Shown here piece after piece: positions 26,933 to 38,609 of a stretch of 64,000 nt of DNA. The notes under the pieces were generated by a model, which had not been told where the DNA came from, ran no database searches, and saw only the letters and a program-made list of their open reading frames with translations. The translations under genes were made by a program, and so were the position numbers. This stretch comes from Chloroflexota bacterium (lineage in GTDB: Bacteria > Chloroflexota > Anaerolineae > J102). Position 1 is the stretch's first letter, and each line of letters starts with the position of its first letter. The stretch covers positions 2,115 to 66,114 of the forward strand of contig JAADII010000080.1 of assembly GCA_013151415.1 (NCBI GenBank), in the 5' to 3' direction.

Positions 26933-29917
26933 TCAATGATCACCCTTGCCGGCGGGAATGATCACGCCGCGAGAGGAGCGACCATCCACCTTGAGCAACA
27001 CCGGTTCGGGCAAGCGTACATGGGCTATGTGGTTGGTTTCCGCGGCAATAGGTTGGGATAAAAGCCAATCCCAATGAATGAAGCCATCGTTTCGATTGGA
27101 AATTGTGAAATAATTGATGCCCAGCGTGGTGAGGTTGTAAAAGAAATGGGACCCCTGAGAAGGCTCTGCGTTGAGCCGCTCGTGGGGCGCTTCCACGATG
27201 GCGCTGACGCTCGAGATATCGGCCCAACGCACCGGAATGCCCAACCAGGGATCGGCGGTGCCCCAGCGTCCTGGCCCAATGAGCAAAAAGCGTCGATCGT
27301 CGACGCTAAGAGCCGCGTTTAGACGATTGATCTCGCGAGCAATGGTGCGAGTGGCCGCGGGATCAAAGCGATCCGGCTTTACATAGATGATATCGGCGAT
27401 GTTGTTCTTGACGACATTGCCCAACGAACGCGTAGAATAACAAAAGGCGGCCTTGATATCGGCCTCGGTGATCGTCACATCGCGCAGATCCGCGCGCGCG
27501 CTCATGGGGCGCAATTGCAGAATAGCAAATTCGGGCTTGCAACGCTGATCCTGCCGTAAGTTGACGGAAAATTCCAGCTCGACCGCAGTCCCCATGCCCG
27601 CTTCGCCCATATCCAACAAATCGGCCAGCAGATCGGCCAATGGGATCTTCTTATACTTGAGCACGTTGGCGAAGGTGAGCACCCGCGGGCCTGGAATGGC
27701 GGTGGTGTCGCGAATACGATGCTCCGAAGGAATGTAAGTGCTGGAAAGGAATTTCACGGGCGGCTCTTCGGCCGCGTCGGCAACCTCGCGACGCACCAAA
27801 TTCGCGCCGCTGCCGATATCCAATGCGTGATAATCTTCGCCCATTTTTAGCGCGTAGAAATATCGCTGCGCGTTCTCGAGAATGCCATCCACCGAGGCCC
27901 GCTCTGGCATAAGCAAGGGATGAGCAGGACAAAAACGCAGGGTTTTTTCGCCTTCGACCACGGCCATGCCAAATCCTAAAGCGATGTTGGCGATGCCCTC
28001 TTCCGGCTTCATGCGCGAAAAAGGATAATAATTGTAAGATTGCGCCACGCCCGAAATGGCCGGATAGAAAAAGTTGCCATACCGCTCACCCACCAATTGT
28101 TGCACAATCACGGCCATCTTCTCCTCTTCAGTGCGCCGTCCCACGCGTTGCGAATAGGCTTTGGGCGCCCGATAATAAGTGGAGGCATAGACAAGCTTAA
28201 TGGCGTGAAGCAAATGATGAAGCCGAACATCAATGTGCGGATGCTCATTGGGCAACATGTAAGTGCGATACATGCCCGCGTAGGCGTGAAAATGGGCGTC
28301 CTCCAATAGGCTGGAAGAACGCACGGCCAAAGGGTAATGCACATGAGTGAGATAAGCTCGCAAATCATTTTCAAGATGAGCCGGAAAGCGAGCGCTCAAA
28401 AACGCCTCGGCCACTTCTTCATCTGAAGCGTCTGTCGTGGCCAAATACCCCAAATCATTCTCCGCCACGAATGTCTCAAATGCATCGGTGGTGACAACCA
28501 GAGTGCGGGGGATGAAGATGCGCACATCCGGGTATTTGTCGCGCAGGGCCTGATCGCGCTGCAAGAGCGCAGAGACAAAAGCCAGCCCGCGCGCTTTGCC
28601 GCCCAACGAACCCTGACCGATTTTTACAAAACGAGTGACCCAATCGAACTCTGCCGGATCGAAGTCGGCCACAACGCCCATCTGGCGCTCCTTGCGGCGC
28701 TGGTGCACCAACTGAATGAGATGTTTGCGCAACTCTTCAGGCGATTCAAAATCCGACACCGTCCAATCGCGGATGCGCGAAGCCAACACAGTTTCGGTGC
28801 GGGTGAAGAGCCAGCGTGAGAAATCATTGCGCTCGCCATGATAGATCAAAGACTCGGCCGGAATAATGCGCAGACATCGCTCTAAAGAGCGCAAATCCGA
28901 AGCCCGGGCAACCTCGGTTCCATCTGGCATGCGGAAAATAAAATCGCCAAAAGCCAGGCTGTATTGGAAAAAATTATGGATGTCCTCTTCTAGAGTGGGT
29001 GAATTTTTATCCACGAAGGTGGCGGAAAGTTCGGCCGCGCGTTGAGCATTGCCAGGATCGAGGCTGGTGATTAGCAAAGGAATGTCAAATCGCTTGCGTT
29101 TGATCTCGCTGAGCAGATCGAATCCGGCCGAACGGTCGAGCACGCCCTCCCGAGGAAATTGCACATCCGAAATGACGCCCAGCACATACGCTTCATATTT
29201 CTCGAAAAGCGCCATGGCCTCTTCGTAATTGTTTGAAATGAGTATTTTCGGTCGGGCCCGCATGGTGAGCAAACGGTGCTCTTCGTTAAGTTGCCCTTCC
29301 AGCACGGCTCGGGTTTGCTGAACCAGCTCGCGATAAAGCAAGGGGAGGAGCGCCGAGGAGTAAACAGGCGAGTTTTCGATATAGAGAATAACGCGCACGC
29401 CGGCCACAGCCGTGTCGTGCTCGACGTTCCAACGATCCTCGGTGCTCTTGACAATGGCCACCAACAATTCGGTGTTGCCCGACCACACGAACGCGCGATC
29501 GATGCCGGCTATGTGGGCTCGGTCCGCAAATTCCTGGGCTATGGGCGTGAGACCGTGGGTGAGAAGGATCACGGGCAGATCGCGACCATGCCTTTCTTTG
29601 ATACGATGACCCAACGCGAATGCGTTGGCGTCGGCCACGCGCGGCATGGTGATGACCATATCGAAATGCTTTTCATCCAACTTGGCCAGCGCCTCTTCAG
29701 CCGAGGAAGCCCATGTAAGCCGCGGAGGCTTGCTTAAATTCAAGCCTCGATATTCATTGACGATGCGTTCGGATAGGCGGCCATCCTCCTCCATGATCCA
29801 GGCGTCGTAAGGCGTGGACACCAATAAAATGTCGCGCACTTTACGCTGCATGAGCTCATGGAAGAGCTTGACATTGGAATCGAGGCTGGTGGAGAGAAAG
29901 GGATCGGGGCGTTTCAT
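26933..29917 (-). CDS. two receiver(REC)-like domains fused to a PEP/pyruvate-binding (PPDK_N, ATP-grasp) domain protein
   Basis: 994 aa. The N-terminal REC-like folds carry 'ILLVSTPYD' and 'FDMVITMP' (degenerate) and, in the second domain, 'YVLGVISDVQFP'. The C-terminal ~500 aa resemble the PEP synthase / pyruvate phosphate dikinase N-terminal nucleotide-binding domain, without the phospho-His or PEP-utilizer domains. Confidence 0.7.
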   Translation of the reverse strand: MKRPDPFLSTSLDSNVKLFHELMQRKVRDILLVSTPYDAWIMEEDGRLSERIVNEYRGLNLSKPPRLTWASSAEEALAKLDEKHFDMVITMPRVADANAFALGHRIKERHGRDLPVILLTHGLTPIAQEFADRAHIAGIDRAFVWSGNTELLVAIVKSTEDRWNVEHDTAVAGVRVILYIENSPVYSSALLPLLYRELVQQTRAVLEGQLNEEHRLLTMRARPKILISNNYEEAMALFEKYEAYVLGVISDVQFPREGVLDRSAGFDLLSEIKRKRFDIPLLITSLDPGNAQRAAELSATFVDKNSPTLEEDIHNFFQYSLAFGDFIFRMPDGTEVARASDLRSLERCLRIIPAESLIYHGERNDFSRWLFTRTETVLASRIRDWTVSDFESPEELRKHLIQLVHQRRKERQMGVVADFDPAEFDWVTRFVKIGQGSLGGKARGLAFVSALLQRDQALRDKYPDVRIFIPRTLVVTTDAFETFVAENDLGYLATTDASDEEVAEAFLSARFPAHLENDLRAYLTHVHYPLAVRSSSLLEDAHFHAYAGMYRTYMLPNEHPHIDVRLHHLLHAIKLVYASTYYRAPKAYSQRVGRRTEEEKMAVIVQQLVGERYGNFFYPAISGVAQSYNYYPFSRMKPEEGIANIALGFGMAVVEGEKTLRFCPAHPLLMPERASVDGILENAQRYFYALKMGEDYHALDIGSGANLVRREVADAAEEPPVKFLSSTYIPSEHRIRDTTAIPGPRVLTFANVLKYKKIPLADLLADLLDMGEAGMGTAVELEFSVNLRQDQRCKPEFAILQLRPMSARADLRDVTITEADIKAAFCYSTRSLGNVVKNNIADIIYVKPDRFDPAATRTIAREINRLNAALSVDDRRFLLIGPGRWGTADPWLGIPVRWADISSVSAIVEAPHERLNAEPSQGSHFFYNLTTLGINYFTISNRNDGFIHWDWLLSQPIAAETNHIAHVRLPEPVLLKVDGRSSRGVIIPAGKGDH

Positions 29918-30236
29918 GCTTCTAATTATGCCTCAGCCAAGATAACTTGAAAAGATAAGGCGAGCTTCGGCCGATGCTATTCTTTCATAAGGCCAAACTT
30001 GGCCAGACATGCGGAATATGCTAGGATCATGATAATCAAGCGCGGCAGTTTTAAGTGCGAATCATACCTTTTCAAGGCGGTTGCGAGACAATGACGTTTC
30101 GCTTTTCATTCACTCTGTTGCACCAATTCATGATAGTCGTTTGGGCCTTTGTCTGGGCTATGTTCAGGCTCAAACGCGGGGGGCCAGAAAAAGGGGCTAC
30201 TTCTGAAACGGGGTTTGGGTTCGAGTTGGGAGTTGA

Positions 30237-31715
<1,479 letters not shown>

Positions 31716-31755
31716 GTTTAGGCGCGGTTGGCAAAAACCCAATATCGCCATCGAA

Positions 31756-31795
31756 CCCGGCAGGCGCAGGACAAACGGCCTGCCGGGTTTTTTTG
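31756..31795 (+). terminator. rho-independent terminator downstream of gdhA
   Basis: A 10-bp GC-rich stem 'cccggcaggc...gcctgccggg' is followed by T7. Confidence 0.8.
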
Positions 31796-31907
31796 CCGCC
31801 AGCTTCTGAAAAGGTTTGGGATCCGATTGAGCGAGGCGGGAAGGAGATGAAAGCGGCCAAAGAAAGCGCGCACATAGGAAAACCCGGTGCGACCTGAGCG
31901 CGTCCAG

Positions 31908-31936
31908 TTGACGCTGGCTACAAGTGCTGCTATAAT
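31908..31936 (+). promoter_or_regulatory. near-consensus sigma70 promoter for the zur-znuACB operon
   Basis: A -35 TTGACG at 31908-31913, a 17-nt spacer, and a -10 TATAAT at 31931-31936. Confidence 0.6.
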
Positions 31937-32001
31937 GCCGTCCACATTGTTGCAAACAGTCGCAATAACCTACAGATTCCATCGACGCTACATCGTTTGC
32001 A

Positions 32002-32472
32002 TTGCATTCATCGGATGCAGAACATCTTCTTTGCCTCATGAGCCACGATCTCGACGCCATCGCCGCACAATTGCGCCGCAACGGATTCCGCATGACCCCT
32101 CAGCGGCAATTGATCTTAGACGCCATCTGCGAATTGGGGGGACATGTGACGCCCGAAGAAGTGGTGCAACGCGTGCAAGCCATCACGCCGGCGTTGAACC
32201 GCGCCACGGTTTATCGCGCACTGAATTTCTTGGTTGAACAACGCATCATCACTGTAACGCTATTGCCTGATGGCAAGTTTGTCTATGAATTGGCGGAAGG
32301 AGAGCCACATCATCATTTGGTGTGCCGAGCATGCGGCGCATCGGTGCAGTTGCCCCATGCCGCTTTATCTGAATTCTACCGCTTGATGGAAAAACAATAC
32401 GATTTCAGGGTCGATATGACGCATATCTCCTTTTTTGGACTGTGCAAAAATTGTCGGGAGGGGAGCGCTTGA
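32002..32472 (+). CDS. zur: Fur family transcriptional regulator (probably zinc uptake regulator Zur)
   Basis: The HTH region 'MTPQRQLILDAI' and the metal sites 'HHHLVCRACG' and 'CKNC' are present. The gene sits directly upstream of the ZnuA/C/B-like genes. The start may instead be the internal ATG at 32038. Confidence 0.75.
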   Translation: MHSSDAEHLLCLMSHDLDAIAAQLRRNGFRMTPQRQLILDAICELGGHVTPEEVVQRVQAITPALNRATVYRALNFLVEQRIITVTLLPDGKFVYELAEGEPHHHLVCRACGASVQLPHAALSEFYRLMEKQYDFRVDMTHISFFGLCKNCREGSA

Positions 32473-32503
32473 AGATTGAACCACACCACAATCCAAATAT
32501 GAG

Positions 32504-33514
32504 GTGACACCCATGCATCGAATCCGATTCTTGGTCTTGTTTTTGCTGCCAATAATTGCGGCCGCGTGCGCGGCTACGGCCGAGGAAAACGCAGGCGACA
32601 GCCGTTTGCGCGTCGTGTCCACGGTTTCGCCTATCACCAACATTGTTTATAACATAGGCGGCGACCGCATTATCTTAAGCGGCATTGTGCCCGAGGGCGT
32701 AAATTCTCACACTTTCGAACCCGCGCCGTCCGACGCCATCAAACTTTCGCAGGCCGATCTGGTTTTTCTCAATGGTCTCAACCTCGAGCTGCCCAGTTTG
32801 CGATTGGCGAAGGCGAACCTGAAAGAGGGCGCTGAAATCGTGCAGTTGGGTGAATTGACCATCACGCCCGATGAATATATTTATGATTTCTCTTTCCCCA
32901 AAGAGGCGGGAAACCCCAATCCCCATCTTTGGACCAATCCCATTTACGCATTGAAATATGCCGAGATCGTGCGGGACAAATTGATCGAGCGCGACCCGGC
33001 CAACGCGGATTATTATCGGGCCAATTACGAGGCGTTCGCCAAACGCATCGCGGACCTGGATGAGGCCATTAAGGCCACGACGGCCAGCATACCTGAGTCG
33101 CAACGCAAGCTGCTCACCTATCACGATTCTTTTGCCTATTTCGCGCCGCGCTATGGCTATGAAGTCATCGGCGCTATCCAACCGGCCGACTTTTCCGAAC
33201 CGTCCGCGCAGGAAGTGGCCGCGCTCATCGATCAGTTGCGGGCCGAGCAGGTTCCGGCCATTTTCGGCTCCGAAGTTTTTCCCTCTCCGGTGTTGGATCA
33301 GATCGGTCGCGAGGCGGGCGTCTCTTACGTGGACACGCTACGCGATGACGATTTGCCAGGCGAACCGGGCGATCCCAACCATTCTTATATCGGTTTAATG
33401 GTTTATGATCTAAAAATCATGGCTGGCGCATTGGGGGGCGATCCCTCGCTGATGGATGGCGTGGATGTGTCCAACATTCCGGGACCGGACAACGCGGTGG
33501 AGCAAACGCAGTAG
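32504..33514 (+). CDS. znuA: metal ABC transporter substrate-binding protein (ZnuA/TroA family)
   Basis: A signal peptide plus lipobox-like 'AAACA' is followed by a cluster-9 SBP fold. Confidence 0.8.
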   Translation: MTPMHRIRFLVLFLLPIIAAACAATAEENAGDSRLRVVSTVSPITNIVYNIGGDRIILSGIVPEGVNSHTFEPAPSDAIKLSQADLVFLNGLNLELPSLRLAKANLKEGAEIVQLGELTITPDEYIYDFSFPKEAGNPNPHLWTNPIYALKYAEIVRDKLIERDPANADYYRANYEAFAKRIADLDEAIKATTASIPESQRKLLTYHDSFAYFAPRYGYEVIGAIQPADFSEPSAQEVAALIDQLRAEQVPAIFGSEVFPSPVLDQIGREAGVSYVDTLRDDDLPGEPGDPNHSYIGLMVYDLKIMAGALGGDPSLMDGVDVSNIPGPDNAVEQTQ

Positions 33515-33515
33515 C

Positions 33516-34334
33516 ATGGACCCTCTCATCGAACTACGCGCCGTCGATTTCACATACGGCGGCGCGCCAGTGCTCACCAACATCAATTTGCATATTCATC
33601 CGGGTCAATTTGCGGCCTTGGTAGGGCCCAGCGGAGCGGGCAAAACCACATTGCTCAAGCTGATACTGCGACTCTTGGAGCCCACGAGCGGGGTCTATTA
33701 TGGTCGACGACAGCCGCCTTTGCGCGTGGCCTATGTGCCTCAACTCGAAACCGTGGATTGGAACTTCCCCGTCACCGCGGAGGAAGTGGTGATCATGGGT
33801 CTGACGCAACAGGCCGGCTGGTGGCCCTGGCCGCGCAAGGCTCATCGCCAACGCGCTCGCGACCTCATGGAACGTTTGGGCATTGGCCATCTGGCCAAAC
33901 GACATATTCGGGACCTCTCGGGCGGACAACAGCAACGCGTTTTTCTGGCCAGAGCGCTCATCGCCGAACCCGAACTTCTGGTTCTGGACGAACCCACCAC
34001 AGGCGTGGACATGAACAGCGCCGAAAGCATTTTTCACCAACTCACCCATCTCAATCAAGATGGGATGACCATCTTGCTCACCACCCATGATCTGAACATG
34101 GCCGCGGCCCATGCGCCATGGATCATCTGTTTGAATCGTCGCATCATTGCACAAGGCCCGCCCGATGCAGTTATCACAGAGCCGGTGATGAGTGAGACTT
34201 ATCGAGCCGAAATGATGGTTATTCGTCAAAATGGCCTTGTTTTTGTGCAACAAAAACCCCATCACCACACATATCGCGAAGTCATTCCCGCCCCCGTGCC
34301 CGGCGGTGAACCGGGCCATGATGCAAAAAGATAA
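33516..34334 (+). CDS. znuC: metal ABC transporter ATP-binding protein
   Basis: Walker A 'GPSGAGKTT', signature 'LSGGQQQR' and Walker B 'LLVLDEPT' are present. The start was trimmed to 'MDPLIELRAV'. Confidence 0.8.
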   Translation: MDPLIELRAVDFTYGGAPVLTNINLHIHPGQFAALVGPSGAGKTTLLKLILRLLEPTSGVYYGRRQPPLRVAYVPQLETVDWNFPVTAEEVVIMGLTQQAGWWPWPRKAHRQRARDLMERLGIGHLAKRHIRDLSGGQQQRVFLARALIAEPELLVLDEPTTGVDMNSAESIFHQLTHLNQDGMTILLTTHDLNMAAAHAPWIICLNRRIIAQGPPDAVITEPVMSETYRAEMMVIRQNGLVFVQQKPHHHTYREVIPAPVPGGEPGHDAKR

Positions 34335-34342
34335 TCCTTGGC

Positions 34343-35188
34343 TTGCGCATGGATATTCTTCTGCTTCCCTTCCAATATGAATTCTTTCGCCATGGCGCCA
34401 TGGCCGCCGTGTTGGTGGGCGGCCTGTGCGGGCTTATCGGCGTCTATATTGTGCTGCGCGGCATGAGCTATATCGGTCATGGTCTGGCCCACGCGGTTTT
34501 CGGAGGCGCCGTAGTGGCCTTTGTTATGGAGATCAATTTTTATGTTGGCGCGGGGCTATGGGGATTTTTGGCCGCGCTGCTCATCAATCAAACCACGCGA
34601 CGCACGCGCATCAATGCCGACGCAGCCATCGGCGTGGTGACCACCGCCAGCTTCGCGATTGGCGTGGCCCTGATCTCCCGCTACCGACGCTTCACCCAGT
34701 CTTTCGACGCCGCTCTATTCGGCAATATTTTGGGCGTCAGTCGGCAGGATGTGTGGGTCATCGTCGCGGTGACCGCGGCCGTAACCCTGCTGGTCCTGCT
34801 GCTCTACAAACAATTGCTTTTCACCACATTCGACGCGGAAGTGGCGCAGGTGTACGGCGTGCCAGTGGGTTGGGTGGACAGCTGGTTCGCGCTGCTGCTG
34901 GCGGCGACCATCATCGCCTCGATCCAAATCTTGGGCGTCACCATGATCGCAGCCGCGCTGGTCATCCCGGCCATCACCGCGCGATTGCTCACCGATAGTT
35001 TTCATCGCATGATGTTCATTTCGGTGACATTGGGGGCGTTCACCGGACTGTTGGGCATCTACATCAGTTTTTATGTCGATGTATCCAGTGGAGCGACCAT
35101 TGTTTTGGTGCAAGCCGCGTGCTTCATTCTGGCGCTATTGCTTCTGGCCCGTCGTCGCGCCGTCCGCTTGAGTCAAACGCATTTATGA
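34343..35188 (+). CDS. znuB: metal ABC transporter permease
   Basis: 281 aa, 8-9 TM, ABC-3 family. Confidence 0.8.
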   Translation: MRMDILLLPFQYEFFRHGAMAAVLVGGLCGLIGVYIVLRGMSYIGHGLAHAVFGGAVVAFVMEINFYVGAGLWGFLAALLINQTTRRTRINADAAIGVVTTASFAIGVALISRYRRFTQSFDAALFGNILGVSRQDVWVIVAVTAAVTLLVLLLYKQLLFTTFDAEVAQVYGVPVGWVDSWFALLLAATIIASIQILGVTMIAAALVIPAITARLLTDSFHRMMFISVTLGAFTGLLGIYISFYVDVSSGATIVLVQAACFILALLLLARRRAVRLSQTHL

Positions 35189-35214
35189 TCGATGCACTGA
35201 ATTGCTCACCCATC

Positions 35215-35907
35215 TCAACCCTGACGACGGGCAATGCTGATATAATACAACAACTGCAATATGGCTGTGATAGCCGCTGCAAGATAGGTGAGCCCGGCCG
35301 CAGTGAGCACCTTTTTCGCGCCTTGTTTATCTTCTGGCGTCACCAGCAAACCCGCCTCCTCCAATAAACGAAGCCCGCGCCTGCTGGCGTCGATCTCCAC
35401 CGGCAAAGTGAGAACCGAAAACAACACCAACAAAGCGAAGAAGAATATCCCAATCCATAGCATGCCGGTCATATTGAACCAAAGACCGAGAAAGATGGCG
35501 ATATAGGAAATGACGGGGCTGAACTGTAGGGCGGGAAGCAGAAACCCTCGCGCCTTGATCATGGCCGAACCAGTTTGATATTGTTGCACGTGCCCCAATT
35601 CATGCGCGGCAATGGCCATGGCCGCCACCGAATTCTTGCCCGCGGTGGTTTCGGAGAGGCGCACGACGTTGGCGCCGGGATCAAAGTGATCGCTCATATC
35701 GCCGGGCACGCGTTCCAAAGGAATGGGATTGAGCTTGGTGCGCTCGAACAATTTTTGCGCGACTTGAAAACCATATAGATTGGCGCCGTTCCGCACTTGG
35801 CTCCATTTCGCGACCGTTGATTTCAAATAAATCTGAACGCCCAGAGAAATGATCAACGCGGGAACGAAAACATACCAGAAATAGATGGGATCGATGTACC
35901 AGAACAT
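35215..35907 (-). CDS. zinc metallopeptidase (Zn_peptidase_2 / YpfJ-like membrane protein)
   Basis: An N-terminal TM is followed by an 'HELGH' zinc motif and C-terminal TMs. Confidence 0.7.
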   Translation of the reverse strand: MFWYIDPIYFWYVFVPALIISLGVQIYLKSTVAKWSQVRNGANLYGFQVAQKLFERTKLNPIPLERVPGDMSDHFDPGANVVRLSETTAGKNSVAAMAIAAHELGHVQQYQTGSAMIKARGFLLPALQFSPVISYIAIFLGLWFNMTGMLWIGIFFFALLVLFSVLTLPVEIDASRRGLRLLEEAGLLVTPEDKQGAKKVLTAAGLTYLAAAITAILQLLYYISIARRQG

Positions 35908-35913
35908 TGTCTA

Positions 35914-36558
35914 TCACCCCCAAATATAGATATACTCGGATTTTTCGAATGTATAGGTGCGATTACTACGAATCTGCACAACAATGCCAACGGCCGCGAT
36001 CGCAAGAGCCGCCAGAAGCCAAAGGGGCGAAACTTGGGCGATGGCCAGCACTGCATCGCCTTGCACGCGCAGTGTGGCTGCGGTCAATCGCCCAAAGAGA
36101 ACCAGCGCGCCCGTCACCACAGCCACGCCTCCGGCCCAAGCCGAGAGCAGAATCACGACATATTTCTGCAAATTAAGGGCCAATGTGATGACCATAATGA
36201 TCAATGCAAAGAGGACGCCGACGAGAAAGGCCAGAATCCCGCCGCCCAGACCCACGAGCCCCATAAGGCCCACGCCCAAACTATAACCAATGAGACCCGC
36301 AACCACGGCCACGCCAAGAAAGTAGAAAAGATAGGAAAGCAGAGCCATGATCAAACCGAGGAAAAAGCCCACGATCCAACCCGTTGTGGTGGCCAGAAAA
36401 CCATGACCAAATACGAGCGTCAAGGCTTGAGCGCCCAACCAAAATCCCGCGAAAAACCCCCAAACGGGAAGCAACACCAAAAACAATCGATAGCCCAGAA
36501 ACACGAAGGTCAGGCCGATCAGGACAATGATCAACCCTCCGATAAAAGGGAATAGCAT
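35914..36558 (-). CDS. hypothetical polytopic membrane protein (Gly/Leu-rich, about 6 TM)
   Basis: The hydrophobicity pattern indicates a membrane protein. Separated from the metallopeptidase gene by a 6-nt gap on the same strand. Confidence 0.45.
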   Translation of the reverse strand: MLFPFIGGLIIVLIGLTFVFLGYRLFLVLLPVWGFFAGFWLGAQALTLVFGHGFLATTTGWIVGFFLGLIMALLSYLFYFLGVAVVAGLIGYSLGVGLMGLVGLGGGILAFLVGVLFALIIMVITLALNLQKYVVILLSAWAGGVAVVTGALVLFGRLTAATLRVQGDAVLAIAQVSPLWLLAALAIAAVGIVVQIRSNRTYTFEKSEYIYIWG

Positions 36559-36648
36559 GAGAGCCTCCTGAATCGTCAGTGCAAAATGTGCGTTAAATCG
36601 TTTCCTATTGGTCGTTGGATGATACGGCCATCGCCATAAAAGAACAAA

Positions 36649-38307
36649 TTATTCGCGAGATGCAATCCACGCCTGAGCCGCTTGCAAAGCCTCAAGCCCA
36701 GATTCGCCAACCGTTTCGGTTTCCAGGAAGATATTCTCGCGGCCAATGACGCGCATGACGCCGGTGCGAATGAGTTGTTCTTTCACATAAGGATGAACGC
36801 CCGCCAGCATGAGCTTGCTCTCTCGTTCGCGCAGGCTAGTGGCGTATCGCTCCAGCACCTCGAGCAACGTGCTGCCCACTTCGGTGACGCCGCGCAGGCC
36901 AATAATAACCACCGCGCATCGCGTGTCATCGCCGACATCCGGCAATTGCTCCTCGAAAACCGGGGCGGCCGCGAAGAAAAGACTGCCATAAGGCAACAAC
37001 ATGGTCACTTTGTTAGAGGGCACAATTTCGGGCGCAGGTTTTTCGATAGGCCATCGCCCCGGCTCCCACACCCATTCTTTCACCACCACTTTGCTCGATT
37101 GCTGAAAGACGAACAGCAGAACGGCCAAGGCCACGCCCAAAAGCACCGCAAATTGCAACGGAATGAGCAATGCGGCCACAAAGGTGAGCAGCATGACCAC
37201 TTGCTGCACCAATCCTGTCTTCCACACAGTTTCCACCTGGCGCGGCTTGAGGGTGCGAAAACCAACAATGATCAGCAAACCGGCCAACGCTGGCATGGCC
37301 AACATGCCCACATACTTGCCAAACAGCAAAATGACCACAGCCATAACAATGCCTGCCGAAATGTTGGCGAAACGCGATTTCGCGCCGGCGTTGGTGACAA
37401 TGGAAGTGGCCGACATGGAACCGCCCACCGGCGTGCCCTGGAACAGACCGGAAACCACATTCGCGACGCCTTGCCCCACGAAATCGCCCGATGCATTGGG
37501 GAACTTGCCGTCTGGGTTGGGGATGGACTGGCTAATGCTGGCGCCCTGCATGAGACCAACAAAAGCCAAAGAAAACGCCGGAATGACGAGGCCGGGAAAT
37601 GCGGTCAGCGGTGGAAACGATGGGCGAGGCAATGAACTGGGAATCTCGGCGATGTCTTTGACCAAAGCCACCGAATCCCAACCCAAGGCCGAAGGGAGTA
37701 GCGACGCGGCAATCAGCGCCACAACCATGCCCAAAGCCTTCAACGCGGTCTTCTCTAACGTGAGAATGAGAATGATGGTGAGAACGCCCACCAACGCTGT
37801 GCGGGGATCAACTTGACCCAAATTGGCGAAAAGATCGAGCGCTTTGATGATCTTATTGGAGCCGACGCTTTCATAGCCGGTGAAATCATCGAGCTGCCCA
37901 AGAATGATGAGGAAGGCCACCGCATTGATGAACCCCGTCATGACCGAATTGGGCACAAAACGAATGAGTGACCCAAGCTTTAACAAACCCGCGGCAAGCA
38001 TGATCACCCCTGTGATGATGGCCAGGGCGAACAAGGCCGCGTTGGGGTCGTTGCCAGAACGCACTTGCGGCACACTGGCGATGACCAAAGCCATGGCGCC
38101 GGTCGCCTGCACCGACATATACACCGAACTGGTGAAAAACGCGCCCGTGAACACGCCCATCATATAACCATACACCCCATAAATTGGATTCACCAGGGCC
38201 AACAGCCCTGAGGCCATGCCATCGGGAATGCTTTCGACGCCCAACACCAAACCCGCAGACACATCATCGACAATGGTGTCGGGATTGACGTATTGTCTAA
38301 AATTCAT
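36649..38307 (-). CDS. SulP family inorganic anion transporter with a C-terminal STAS domain
   Basis: 552 aa. The N-terminal 'VSAGLVLGVESIPDGMASGLLA' is typical of SulP. Confidence 0.85.
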   Translation of the reverse strand: MNFRQYVNPDTIVDDVSAGLVLGVESIPDGMASGLLALVNPIYGVYGYMMGVFTGAFFTSSVYMSVQATGAMALVIASVPQVRSGNDPNAALFALAIITGVIMLAAGLLKLGSLIRFVPNSVMTGFINAVAFLIILGQLDDFTGYESVGSNKIIKALDLFANLGQVDPRTALVGVLTIILILTLEKTALKALGMVVALIAASLLPSALGWDSVALVKDIAEIPSSLPRPSFPPLTAFPGLVIPAFSLAFVGLMQGASISQSIPNPDGKFPNASGDFVGQGVANVVSGLFQGTPVGGSMSATSIVTNAGAKSRFANISAGIVMAVVILLFGKYVGMLAMPALAGLLIIVGFRTLKPRQVETVWKTGLVQQVVMLLTFVAALLIPLQFAVLLGVALAVLLFVFQQSSKVVVKEWVWEPGRWPIEKPAPEIVPSNKVTMLLPYGSLFFAAAPVFEEQLPDVGDDTRCAVVIIGLRGVTEVGSTLLEVLERYATSLRERESKLMLAGVHPYVKEQLIRTGVMRVIGRENIFLETETVGESGLEALQAAQAWIASRE

Positions 38308-38411
38308 CGTTTCTTGGAAGATGAGCGCTATCGACTGAAGCGCGGTGGAACAATGGTCTCAAAATCATACTCCATCGGCTCCGAATGTTCAATATCGGAA
38401 TGATGGGAATA

Positions 38412-38440
38412 TTGACAGCGCGGCCAAGCTTCTCTACAAT
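38412..38440 (+). promoter_or_regulatory. consensus-like sigma70 promoter for the fused MFS/spermidine-synthase gene
   Basis: A -35 TTGACA at 38412-38417, a 17-nt spacer, and a -10 TACAAT at 38435-38440. A hairpin plus T6 follows within the ~165-nt leader. Confidence 0.55.
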
Positions 38441-38609
38441 GCCCCTCGGCGCGCCTCCCCACGGGCGAGGTCGCCGTTGTTTTTTGCTCGAGCCGCATCG
38501 TCCAAAACTTGATGCTTTGTTGAAGAGCGATTTCACATCCACCCTCTGCATCCTCGCCGCCCTGTAGTTTCGCGGCGAACCCACCGTCCATCCAGGCCTT
38601 CATTCATCC

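Noticed and set aside
36682-37635. 317-aa plus-strand ORF
   Set aside because: Antisense shadow of the SulP transporter gene.
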